Positions 17,747 through 26,855 of a DNA stretch of 64,000 bases are shown piece by piece (within the stretch, counting starts at the first letter, position 1; the number at the start of each line of letters is the position of its first letter). The DNA is from a virus. Where the stretch lies: IMG/VR virus record IMGVR_UViG_3300027970_000001, positions 64,001 through 128,000 of that record; one strand, 5' to 3'. The position numbers and the translations under genes were made by a program. The notes below the pieces were generated by a model, which was given only the letters and a program-made list of their open reading frames with translations, searched no databases and was not told the origin of the DNA.

Positions 17747-19288
17747 CTATTGACCGAAGTTGATGCCCTCCCAGGGGCGCTCTGCGTCCTCCCCGAACTC
17801 TGTCTTGTACCTCGGGGCATCCATGATGACGAAGGTCTTCATGTCCTCCATCAGCACGCCAGGCACGATGAACACCCGTGCCTCGACGCTGCTGGTGCGG
17901 GACGCCTTTGGGATCTTCCAGCGCAGCCCCACCACGCACGGCTCCAGGTCGTACTCGCCCGTATCCAAGTTGTACGGCGCGTCGTACGGCCTGAAGTCGC
18001 TCTGGTCGCCGTCAATGACTTCAAGGCCGAGGAACTCCTTCGGCAGGCCCGTCCAGGTCTCCTTGCGGCGTCCAGCCATCGCCGCGCTCACGGGCCACGT
18101 CCTCTTGTCGTCGCTCTCCGGGTAAGGGGGCGTCTGAGGCACCCTGCTCTTAGTCCACTTGGAGTAGCCGACCATGGCAAACGTCACCGCCACGCGGCGA
18201 TGATTGCTTACCACCTCGTGGTTGAGGCGCTTCAGGTTCGCGGGCGTGCCGCGATAGCTGAAGGTGAGGTCGTAGTTGCTGGTGCCGTAGCTCTTTGTCT
18301 TTGGATTCCAGGGGTTGCGAGATGCGACCTTGGTGTAGTCGTAGAACCTCACCCCCGGGAAGGACTGGACGGTCCCAGGAGAGAGCAGGGCCCAAGGGAT
18401 GTCCGAGTAGACATTGAGCCGCACAAACGGGATGACACCGCTGTCGTTGCACTGCTTCTCGAAGGTCGCGATGTTCTCGACCAGCATCCGCAGGAACGCG
18501 TGGTTCTCAAAGAAGAACGACTGCGTCAGCGCGTACTTCTTGATGGTGTTGTAGCGGTCGTTGAAGTTCTGCCCGCTGAACACGAGGCACGCCTTTCTAC
18601 ACTCCGGCGTTGATGCGAAGCAGGTGGTGGTCCTCTTGTAGCCGGCAAACCTTGCGTCGATGTCGTTGGCGCGCTTGATCCCATAGTCCGGTGCTCGGCG
18701 GATAGTCTTCTTGACGTCTTGGTCTTCCTTGTCGAGTCGCCAGGACTGCGCCGGGAGCAGGCTCAGGCCGGTGGTCGCGCTCGGAGGCAGACCGGGCCTT
18801 GGGCCGCCGGCCAGCTTGTAGTTCTGGCCGAAGAAGCTCTCCGTCATGTCTTTTGGAGTTCTGTACGCTCCGATTTTAGTGACGCACTCGTCGAGCCCAC
18901 GCGTGCTCTTGTGGAGCCTCTGCGTCGGGAACATGTCGACCAGCCTTCGGTGAGCCTCGGTGAGGCTCATTTTCATCACTTCCTTGTACGGGATGGGATC
19001 GAGGCGCAAGACCTTGAGGGCCCACTCGGGGTCTTTGAAGACGTCGACAGGACCTTCGTCCTTTTCTTCCGCCTCCCTGCCGCCGACGACCGGCAAGGAC
19101 CGCTTGGCGTTGGCGGCCATCGGCATCGGGGCTTCGGCGTCCTTGATCAAGTCGTCGGAGCCGTCGTACCAGATCTTGGCTCGCGGCATCAGCTCCGAGG
19201 CTCGCTCCACAGCCCCGACGTATGAATCCGCAACTTCGACCACCACCCCGTCCTGGTCGATGATCGCGAACTTGTACCCGTAATCCAT
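17747..19288 (-). CDS. GP88-like phage protein
   Basis: CFASTPECRKACLVFSG, FVRLNVYSDIPW, RFYDYTK, NYDLTFSY. Confidence 0.7.
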   Translation of the reverse strand: MDYGYKFAIIDQDGVVVEVADSYVGAVERASELMPRAKIWYDGSDDLIKDAEAPMPMAANAKRSLPVVGGREAEEKDEGPVDVFKDPEWALKVLRLDPIPYKEVMKMSLTEAHRRLVDMFPTQRLHKSTRGLDECVTKIGAYRTPKDMTESFFGQNYKLAGGPRPGLPPSATTGLSLLPAQSWRLDKEDQDVKKTIRRAPDYGIKRANDIDARFAGYKRTTTCFASTPECRKACLVFSGQNFNDRYNTIKKYALTQSFFFENHAFLRMLVENIATFEKQCNDSGVIPFVRLNVYSDIPWALLSPGTVQSFPGVRFYDYTKVASRNPWNPKTKSYGTSNYDLTFSYRGTPANLKRLNHEVVSNHRRVAVTFAMVGYSKWTKSRVPQTPPYPESDDKRTWPVSAAMAGRRKETWTGLPKEFLGLEVIDGDQSDFRPYDAPYNLDTGEYDLEPCVVGLRWKIPKASRTSSVEARVFIVPGVLMEDMKTFVIMDAPRYKTEFGEDAERPWEGINFGQ

Positions 19289-19307
19289 GGGCGCCAGCCT
19301 AGCACGA

Positions 19308-19389
19308 TGCCGAGGGAGGGAGTCGAACCCTCACGTCCGATGGACACGCCGTCCTAAGCGGCGCGTGTCTGCCATTCCACCACCCCGGC
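19308..19389 (-). tRNA. tRNA-Leu (anticodon TAG), CCA not encoded
   Basis: GCCGGGG acceptor stem, TGGTGGAATGGCAGACAC D-arm, CGCCG-CTTAGGA-CGGCG anticodon arm, long variable arm, GAGGG-TTCGACT-CCCTC T-arm. Confidence 0.93.
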
Positions 19390-19393
19390 CGCT

Positions 19394-19762
19394 TCACATA
19401 CCAACGGGAACGAGCTTGGTTCCGCGCGCAACGCGGTGAGCCTCAGCCCAACCACGCGGGACTTCAAGCACAAATCGGTATGGACCGCCGGGCTCGATGC
19501 TGCGGTGGCTCATCGGCACCCCCTGCCTCACCGACACCACACGCCACATGGCGTCGATGAAGATGATGTCCAGAGGCAGGGGCGTGTCCTTCATCCAGAA
19601 CGCGCCTGAGGCGGCACTCGGGAAGGCGAACAGCATCCCGGTACCGGCGGGCAGCGAGCGGACGCCCATGAGGCCCTGGGCAATCTCGTCGGGCGTCGAG
19701 GCGACGCAGACGCGCACCGAGCCTGCCCCCGGCACCATCACAGACGGCGGCGTGTAGCTCAT
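19394..19762 (-). CDS. DUF192 family protein
   Basis: VASTPDEIAQGLMG...GMLFAF...FWMKDTPLPLDIIFID...VLEVPRGW. Confidence 0.9.
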   Translation of the reverse strand: MSYTPPSVMVPGAGSVRVCVASTPDEIAQGLMGVRSLPAGTGMLFAFPSAASGAFWMKDTPLPLDIIFIDAMWRVVSVRQGVPMSHRSIEPGGPYRFVLEVPRGWAEAHRVARGTKLVPVGM

Positions 19763-21216
19763 CGTCGGCTCAGCGGCTTGTACGGCTCATCGAACGAGCG
19801 GTTCGGCGTGAAGCGGCGCCGGCTGTTCTTGGCAAGCTCTCTGGCCGCGTCGAAGTCGTTCACGCTTGTTGGGTTGACGCCGATGTCGGTGAAGACTTGC
19901 TTCCAGAAGGTCACCTCTTCGGGGAACTTGAAGTTCGTACCGGATTCGTGCTTGCTGGCGTAGCCTGGGGTGCGGTTGGTTGCGCCCTTGATCTGCTTGA
20001 TGGCCTGGCCTCGGTCGAAACGTGCCAGCTCAGCCGGCGTTGTACCCAGGCGCTCCAGCTCCGCGCGACTTCGTGGCTCCTCGACCACGCTGTAGAACGA
20101 CGAGTCTACCTCAAGCGTGAAGCGAGGCTTGTCGTTTCTGTCTCGCAAGCTCCAAATCTCAATCCTGCCGTCGACCACGGCCTTGATGTAGCCCATGCCT
20201 TTGTCGCCTACGCAGTGCTTCATGCGCGTGCCCTCGGCCCGCAGGTCCGAGGAGCGCAGCTTGATGAGCCGCCAGGGCGCCTGCTCGATGAGGACGCCCT
20301 TGGTCACGCCCATCTGCCGAAGCTCGTCGGCGGAGAAGGTGGCGATCTCTTCTCGATCGATGCTTCCGCCGCCTTCGATGGCCTTGTAGTAGTCGCGGAT
20401 TTTCTCGACGACTTCCGAGCGGTCTTCGTCGTCGTCGGCCTCCGACCACGACGCGGCTAGCTCGATGAGATCATCCCTGGTCGGGGGCGTCAAGGTCAGC
20501 TTGCTCCTGAGCTGCTCCTTTTCGTCTTGAGCCACGATCTCGACGGCTGAGCTGATGAAGCTTCGGATTGCCTCGTCAGGGTCGCGCTTGATCAACTCAC
20601 GCAGGTAGTCCTTGATGATGTCGTGGCAGAACTCCTCAAAATCATTTTCTTTCGCCACGATTGAGACGGATTGGTACCCGTCAGTATGTCCGCCCTGCTC
20701 CTGGATGACGCTGGTGCCTTCTGACCAGTCGATGCTGACGCCGATATTTTCGTAGAACTCCTCGGCATACGAGGCCGGCACCATTCCACAGTTCTCAAAG
20801 AGTTGGCTCTCGTCGAGCCATACGCTCTCGCGTGGAGTGAAGCTCCACTCAAACCCGTATCCTGCCCGTCGCAGTCCCCCGTCGGATTTGAACTCGAAGA
20901 TTCCGGCCTCGCCCCGACGCCGCTGATTCATCCGAGCCTGGTATGCCAGCGCCTCCTTCACGCTGTCCTCGGGGACGTGGCTTAGGTCGGGACTGCTCTG
21001 CTCCATCACCTCATCGAAAAAGTTCGAGTCGTATCGGACGATGTCTTCGATCGAATACTCCTCGGTTTCGCAATGGAGTTGGTCCAGGTCCAGCCTTGGC
21101 GCGAACTCTTCGATCTTGCTCTCGATGTCCTCGCGTAGCTCTTCGTCGCCCGCGGCAAGAGCCGCCTCAACCTGATCTCTTGAAGTGGCATCGCTCAGCA
21201 GCATCACATCCTCCAT
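19759..21216 (-). CDS. PcfJ-like domain protein
   Basis: AEGTRMKHCVG...IWSLRDRNDKPRFTLEV; C-terminal LAKNSRRRFTPNRS tag. Confidence 0.7.
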   Translation of the reverse strand: MEDVMLLSDATSRDQVEAALAAGDEELREDIESKIEEFAPRLDLDQLHCETEEYSIEDIVRYDSNFFDEVMEQSSPDLSHVPEDSVKEALAYQARMNQRRRGEAGIFEFKSDGGLRRAGYGFEWSFTPRESVWLDESQLFENCGMVPASYAEEFYENIGVSIDWSEGTSVIQEQGGHTDGYQSVSIVAKENDFEEFCHDIIKDYLRELIKRDPDEAIRSFISSAVEIVAQDEKEQLRSKLTLTPPTRDDLIELAASWSEADDDEDRSEVVEKIRDYYKAIEGGGSIDREEIATFSADELRQMGVTKGVLIEQAPWRLIKLRSSDLRAEGTRMKHCVGDKGMGYIKAVVDGRIEIWSLRDRNDKPRFTLEVDSSFYSVVEEPRSRAELERLGTTPAELARFDRGQAIKQIKGATNRTPGYASKHESGTNFKFPEEVTFWKQVFTDIGVNPTSVNDFDAARELAKNSRRRFTPNRSFDEPYKPLSRR

Positions 21217-22304
21217 TCCCAGCCGGGACCAAGCGGCAGGTTGTCATACCGGGGGTCGACAATTAACAGACCTCGGTCTAGCGGGATGAGCCTGGCCGAG
21301 TAGCGTCCGGTGAGCGTCACAAGCTCGCGTTGAACGCCAGCGGCACGGGGCTGGATGCGGAGGAAGGCGGATTCAGGGAAGCAGATCTTCCCATCCGCAT
21401 CCACCGTCTTCACGGGAGGCGCAGCGCCGAGGTACCTGTAGGTCACCCGGCGATGGTATCAGAATCGATCGCTTGCGCGAGCCTGTCAGTCGCCTTGACC
21501 TCGCAGGGGATGGCTGCACAATCAATCGGAGACAACTCCCGCGGGTGATCTCGTCACCCTGCATCGGAGGCCCCGACTCCACCTGCCAGGGTGGGATCGG
21601 GGCCGTCTCATTTTTGGCGGTCAGAGTCCTGCTCGACATGCCGGCAGCATGCGGGGCAAGTGGGCCTTCGTCGCTCAAATCCGAGCTTGAAGTCCGCCCA
21701 GACCGAGCAGCTCGTGAAACAGCCCCCGCGCAAAATCTGGGGCGGAGTGGCCTGCTCCTGGGTCAGGTGCCACTCCTCTCCAAGCTTGACGCATTGGTAG
21801 TCAATCACGGGCCGCGCCCATCCGAGGTCGCCTGGACCGCTCTGATCATCGTGTTCGGAACGACTCGCCGCATCTTCCTGATGGGCGGCTCGCCCTCGTC
21901 ACGGAACACGTTGATCAGGGTTCCTGGCGCGACTTCGTACTCGATGGTCGCGGTGCCGTGAACGAAGTCGACCTCAAGCACATCAGCTTCGATCGGCTCA
22001 AAGAGCGGAGCGCAGTAGAGGAACTTCAACGGCGCCTCCCGCTGCCCTGGGTGAGCCATGCCGGAATCATCGGCTCCATCTTGGATTCGATGCCCAGCTC
22101 GACCAAGCGCTTTCGCTCGGCAAGCGCCTCAGCAAACGTCAGAGACGTCCGGTGGCGCTCCTGGCCATCCGGCGTTTTCCATACAATCTTCATGTCCCTC
22201 TTGTCGAACAAGCTCGCCATCGGTCGCTCCATGACTGGTCGTTGGCGTCGAGTGTGTCGCAAGTACATTGGTCGCGCAAGGGGGTCGATGGGTTGTCTTT
22301 GCAA
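21204..22304 (-). other. four small hypothetical CDS (21204-21446, 21608-21808, 21805-22059, about 22026-22304)
   Basis: Co-oriented short ORFs, some overlapping. Confidence 0.45.
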
Positions 22305-22318
22305 TCGCCGCTAGGCGC

Positions 22319-23236
22319 TCAGGTCCACCAGCCGTATCGGGTGGACCACTCGGCCATGACAGCGCGCTGGGCAGAGTCGGTGCTCTGCTCGGACCAAATG
22401 GCAGCGCCATTGAAGGCTGCCGGGGGTCCGCCAAGGATTCGCTGGATGTCGCCGTTGAGCTGAGCCGCTCCGGTTCCGGGGGACGTGGTGTCGTAGGTCG
22501 CCATCGAGGGCACGAGCGTCGGGAGCAGCTTCGTCCACTCGCTGACAGACTGGTCGACGCCCTCCTGAGTGCCTGCTGTGTTGTAGAGCATCGGCGAGCC
22601 CCAGTCGGCCTTCTTGAACAGGTCCCACGCCAGCGTCGGGTGGTAGGAGGGGATGGGGTAGCTGACCATTCCCAGCGTCCGGTTGTTGCTGAGACCTGCC
22701 TTGGTGGTGGAGATGAGCGCATCGAGCGCCTCGGGGTGGCCCTTGTAGGACGCCTCGATGTCCAGCATCACGCCGCCCGCGCCAATGGCCATGCAGTAGT
22801 TCAGAGCCTGGTTGGCCGCCGCGGTGCTCTGCGCCACGCTCGCTGCCCGCGCGTCACCGGGGAAGGTCCAGACCCACAGGTCGATTTCGGGAGACAGGAC
22901 GGCCGCGTACGCCTGGATGGCCTCGATGGAGACCGTGTAGCCGTCCGACGCCTCGACCATGAACGAGACCCACTCGGCCTTGGCCTCACGGCACCGCTGA
23001 AGCAGTGCCTGCGCCGCCTCGGTGCCTCCGCTGATGCGGCGAAGGTAAAAGCCGAATCCCTGCGGGCCAATCTTCGCCTTGGGAGGTGAGGCAGTCTGAG
23101 CGTCGTACAGGGCAGAAGCCCCGATCAGCTCGCCTGGGAGTGCTGCGCACATGTCGATGGCCTCGGCCTGCGAGGCCGCCTCGACCGTGAAGGCTTCGAG
23201 CTTGGTGGAGGAGCGCAGGACGCGGTACAGGGACAT
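22319..23236 (-). CDS. putative glycoside hydrolase (GH25-like TIM barrel), possible cell-wall enzyme
   Basis: WVWTFPG, GVMLDIEASY, DWGSPMLY, AAIWSEQ. The fold call is inference. Confidence 0.45.
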   Translation of the reverse strand: MSLYRVLRSSTKLEAFTVEAASQAEAIDMCAALPGELIGASALYDAQTASPPKAKIGPQGFGFYLRRISGGTEAAQALLQRCREAKAEWVSFMVEASDGYTVSIEAIQAYAAVLSPEIDLWVWTFPGDARAASVAQSTAAANQALNYCMAIGAGGVMLDIEASYKGHPEALDALISTTKAGLSNNRTLGMVSYPIPSYHPTLAWDLFKKADWGSPMLYNTAGTQEGVDQSVSEWTKLLPTLVPSMATYDTTSPGTGAAQLNGDIQRILGGPPAAFNGAAIWSEQSTDSAQRAVMAEWSTRYGWWT

Positions 23237-23343
23237 TGGTCAAGTCTACCAAAGCCGCGCGGCAATGGCAGCTTGACTGACGCGTGCGCCGCTTCGAGAA
23301 GACCGCGTCACCGACGGCGGCGCGAGGTGCGCCAGTCAGGCGT

Positions 23344-24216
23344 TCATTCATCGAACCTTGGGGGAACCGGGATCGTGTTGCCTCTGATCTGGCAGTCGAC
23401 GGCAACGAGCCGGATGTCATTCGATGAGAATCGCATCTCGCACTCTTGCGGGATGTCCTCGCTCCGCGCGCCCTGCTTGATAGCCGCCTGCACGATGCTG
23501 AACTGGCTCGGCGAGAGATTCAGGTACTTCTTTGCAGAAGCGGTGAAGCCGACCAGGGGCATGCAGACGCCGCCGTCCCACCAGTCGTCCACGGCGAACG
23601 TAGACCGCAGACGGGTCTCGACAAACTGAGCCAGCTCGTACCTGCGCTCGGGAGTGTTCCAGCGCCGGTTCAGGTCATCCCGCTGCTCGTTGACCATCTG
23701 CTTCCAAGGGCCTCCGTGCGAGAGCGACTGGATGTCATCAGGGGGCTCTACGCCTAGCGTTGCGCACAGGTCGCCGAGGTCTTCCGACGCCCGATCCCAT
23801 CCATCGGCTTCGGCATCCTCCCAGTTGTTTTCCCAGATGTCGCCGGGGAATCCTGTCCATTCGAGGGTCAAGAGCAGCACGTCCGACGCATCGCCGTCTT
23901 GGGCCGCAACGAGGAGTCCGCGCATCGACGAGAACAGCCACATGGCTCGCGAGCGGCTGATCACGAAGCTGACCCATTTGCCGCTCGGATCGCTTGGCCC
24001 TCCTCCAAGCCCCACGATCCCCGTCTCAGATCGAGACTTGAGCCCCTGCTTGAATACTCGGTCGCGGTTGGTGGTGACGTGGAAGAAGCCCGCGTCGTCT
24101 TCGGGGCAGTAGTCCTCTAGCACAGTTCCCTCGACCCAGTTGTATGGGTCGAGCAGGAACGTGGCGTCGCGAGGCGGGATCGGATTGCGGCGGGGCCGGC
24201 GCGAGGTGCGCTTCAT
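23344..24216 (-). CDS. ART-like protein with MKRTSRRPRRNP tag
   Basis: FFHVTT...VFKQGLKSR...GGGPSDP...VSF; paralog of 10475-11575. Confidence 0.55.
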   Translation of the reverse strand: MKRTSRRPRRNPIPPRDATFLLDPYNWVEGTVLEDYCPEDDAGFFHVTTNRDRVFKQGLKSRSETGIVGLGGGPSDPSGKWVSFVISRSRAMWLFSSMRGLLVAAQDGDASDVLLLTLEWTGFPGDIWENNWEDAEADGWDRASEDLGDLCATLGVEPPDDIQSLSHGGPWKQMVNEQRDDLNRRWNTPERRYELAQFVETRLRSTFAVDDWWDGGVCMPLVGFTASAKKYLNLSPSQFSIVQAAIKQGARSEDIPQECEMRFSSNDIRLVAVDCQIRGNTIPVPPRFDE

Positions 24217-24234
24217 GCCGACGAGGCTACCGCA

Positions 24235-26196
24235 TCAACGACGGCGGCGCGAGGTGCGCTTGGAGGTGCGGCGGTTCTTGGTGATGACCGGATCTGCCGG
24301 ATCGAACGTACCCTCGTTCGGCCCCGACCCAGCGATGACTTCGCCAGCCATCGCTCCGAGCCCCGACTGTTTGATGGGGCCAGCGGCGGCGGACTTCGCC
24401 TGCGTGGGACTGAACCACACGTAGAGCGTGGCCGACTTCTTACGGCCACGGCCGAAGTTGTCGTTGTAGTAGTCGACCACGTCGTGGACGATTAGTCCGT
24501 CAGCGCCCTGTTCGCGGGCCTTGGCGATCCACTTTTCGGTCCCTCTCCACTCCTTGCCGCCCCAGTCGATGGAGAGCGGGCTCTGGATCGACAGGTAGAG
24601 CGGGATTACTCCTGGCTCGGCGTTCTGGTAGTCCCAGGCCCGATTCGCATCGGCGTAACTTGCCGCCATCGCGTAGCTGTCCGTCGCGAAGAAGGCGTCG
24701 CCGCGCATTGGGCTGCGCCGGAAGCCCTCGGAGAAAATGCCCCGGCCGTCGGGCGTGCCGTGGTAGACGACCAGAGGCGCATTACCCTTGCGGCGGTCCC
24801 TGACCTTGCTGTCCTTGAACCAAGCCTTAAAGGATGGCGTCTCGGTCATGCCGGGGTTCCGCAGGATGCTCAAGTCGTCGGGATCGAAGGTGCCCACGTT
24901 GTCGGTGGCCGACTTGATCTGCCGAGGGTCGAAGACAACGTACTCGTCGTATCCGTGGACCGAAACGATCACGCCGTCGATGCCCGCAGCAGCCATGCCA
25001 CGGATGACGTCCTCTTCCGTAAAATAGACCTTGAACGCTGCGGAATCTGCGAGGAACAGGAACGCCCTGCTGGGGTCAGCGAGGCACTCGCGCATCAGGC
25101 GTCGATGGTCTTCCTTTGCGTCGTATCCGCTTGGGAAGCGAGTCGTCTTGATGGCAGAGAAGAACCGGCGGATCTGATCGGCCGTCATCTCGCCTCTTGT
25201 CGGCCGCTCGATTCGCAGGTAGGTGGCAATCTTGCGCCCGCTGTCGCCGTGGAAAGCCCTCAGCGTGGTGGGATCTGCGCTGAAGTAGAACCCAGGCCCG
25301 AACCTATCCATGCCAGGCGTCGCCGGTCTTTTGAACACGTCAAAGTCGCCCCGGGTGCCGTGGTACAGAACCAGCGGCTCACCGTTCTCATCAACGACCT
25401 TGCTGTCCCCGAACCAGCGGCGGAACGCCGGGTTGTCGAGCGGGCTCGGTCCGTTGCGATCCATCTCGTTTGAGGTGCCGATGATGAGCGCGTCGATGAA
25501 CCGCTGGCCGCGTTGGACAGCCAGCGTCACCCGATGATGCCCATCGTGGACGTACCACACGTCTTCGCCCACCACGGGGAAGTGCCCGTCGAGGAACGGG
25601 TACTTCTCCTCGGGGTAGTCGACTTCTTCGACCTCGCCGGGGCCGTCGAGGATAACTGGAGGCAGCTCGTAGCCCTCGTCCTCAAGCTCGGCCAGCTCGT
25701 CGATGCGCTCTTGGCGGATGGGGTTGATGAAGGGGGATGCGATCTGACTCACCGGCACGCGCTGGATAGCGAAACCCCGCGCGTACTGCGGGATCTGCCC
25801 GTACTCCTCGTCCCACGGAGGGTTTTTCGACATCGCAGACGAGCGGACCCACGCGGCGCCCGATCCACTCTGATCTTTGCTGGCCTCGATGGGTCCATAA
25901 TCTGCGATTGCCGCGGAAAGCAGCTTGGAGGCCACCCCCGTCCGCCTGAAGGAAGGAACCACGTACACGTTCGCTGCGATGGGCGCTTGGCCTGTTCGCT
26001 CCACAATCTGCAACGCTCCGATCGGCTCTCCATCCGCGTACATCACGTACCTGACGCTACGACCGAAATAAGAGTGCTCGCCCAGGAACTTGGCGATGCC
26101 GCGGGCCACAGGGCGGCCCTTCTCTTTTCCGATCTGAGCCACACCGCTCGGGCGACCGACAAGGTACTCAAGTCCTTCGTTGTACTCTTCGCTCAT
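24235..26196 (-). CDS. polyvalent protein: GNAT + ParB-like + two ART-PolyVal domains + basic tail
   Basis: VYVVPSFRRTGVASKLL; VHDGHHRVTLA; AFRRWFGDSKVVDENGEPLVLYHGT; SFKAWFKDSKV...PLVVYHGT; tail ITKNRRTSKRTSRRRR. Confidence 0.85.
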   Translation of the reverse strand: MSEEYNEGLEYLVGRPSGVAQIGKEKGRPVARGIAKFLGEHSYFGRSVRYVMYADGEPIGALQIVERTGQAPIAANVYVVPSFRRTGVASKLLSAAIADYGPIEASKDQSGSGAAWVRSSAMSKNPPWDEEYGQIPQYARGFAIQRVPVSQIASPFINPIRQERIDELAELEDEGYELPPVILDGPGEVEEVDYPEEKYPFLDGHFPVVGEDVWYVHDGHHRVTLAVQRGQRFIDALIIGTSNEMDRNGPSPLDNPAFRRWFGDSKVVDENGEPLVLYHGTRGDFDVFKRPATPGMDRFGPGFYFSADPTTLRAFHGDSGRKIATYLRIERPTRGEMTADQIRRFFSAIKTTRFPSGYDAKEDHRRLMRECLADPSRAFLFLADSAAFKVYFTEEDVIRGMAAAGIDGVIVSVHGYDEYVVFDPRQIKSATDNVGTFDPDDLSILRNPGMTETPSFKAWFKDSKVRDRRKGNAPLVVYHGTPDGRGIFSEGFRRSPMRGDAFFATDSYAMAASYADANRAWDYQNAEPGVIPLYLSIQSPLSIDWGGKEWRGTEKWIAKAREQGADGLIVHDVVDYYNDNFGRGRKKSATLYVWFSPTQAKSAAAGPIKQSGLGAMAGEVIAGSGPNEGTFDPADPVITKNRRTSKRTSRRRR

Positions 26197-26855
26197 CGGT
26201 CTGACCGCTTTAGGTTCTGCTCCCAGAACTCGTACCCCTTGAGGTACATGTCGACAGGCACGCCGTTGACGCCTACCAGGAACTCGGCGGGCACGGCCTT
26301 CCAGATGGCCACCACGCCACCAGGGCGCGGCGGGTCGTACAGCCCACGCCCGTGCCGGAAAGAGGCCCCCACGGCGCCTCCCCAGCCTTCCCAATCGTGG
26401 GGCACATCAAACACGACCCATGACGTGTACTTGTTGTAGCGCGCTCCAGGGTCGCTCGGATCGAACGCGACGAAGAACACCAGATCTGGCGCTTCGCTGT
26501 ATTGGCCCACGCCACGGGGTGAGGCGACGAGGCCCTTGGCGATGATCGAGGAGAGCACGTCGGACTCGGACTTCATGCCCTCGGGCAGCTTCAAGATGCT
26601 GTGAACCAGCCTCGTTGCGTTCGACGGCACCGGAGGCAGAAGAGCGTTCTCTTGCTGCGCATCCATGGCGCCTCGGAGCGCATCGATCATCTTGGTGTTG
26701 TCGAAAAGCTCGTCCTCGGTTAGCCCGAAGACGGGAGCGATGCGCTCGATAAGGTCAAGCGACTGCATCAGGTCGCCCTCGCCTGCCTGCCAGCCGGCGA
26801 AGATGGAAGCGAGGGTGTCGCGGGCGTCGATGTCGATGCTTGCCTGATCAGTCAC
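26193..26855 (-). CDS. hypothetical protein, weak ART-like signature
   Basis: RLVHSI...SIIAKGL...PDLVFF. GTG start overlaps the upstream stop. Confidence 0.45.
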   Translation of the reverse strand: MTDQASIDIDARDTLASIFAGWQAGEGDLMQSLDLIERIAPVFGLTEDELFDNTKMIDALRGAMDAQQENALLPPVPSNATRLVHSILKLPEGMKSESDVLSSIIAKGLVASPRGVGQYSEAPDLVFFVAFDPSDPGARYNKYTSWVVFDVPHDWEGWGGAVGASFRHGRGLYDPPRPGGVVAIWKAVPAEFLVGVNGVPVDMYLKGYEFWEQNLKRSDR

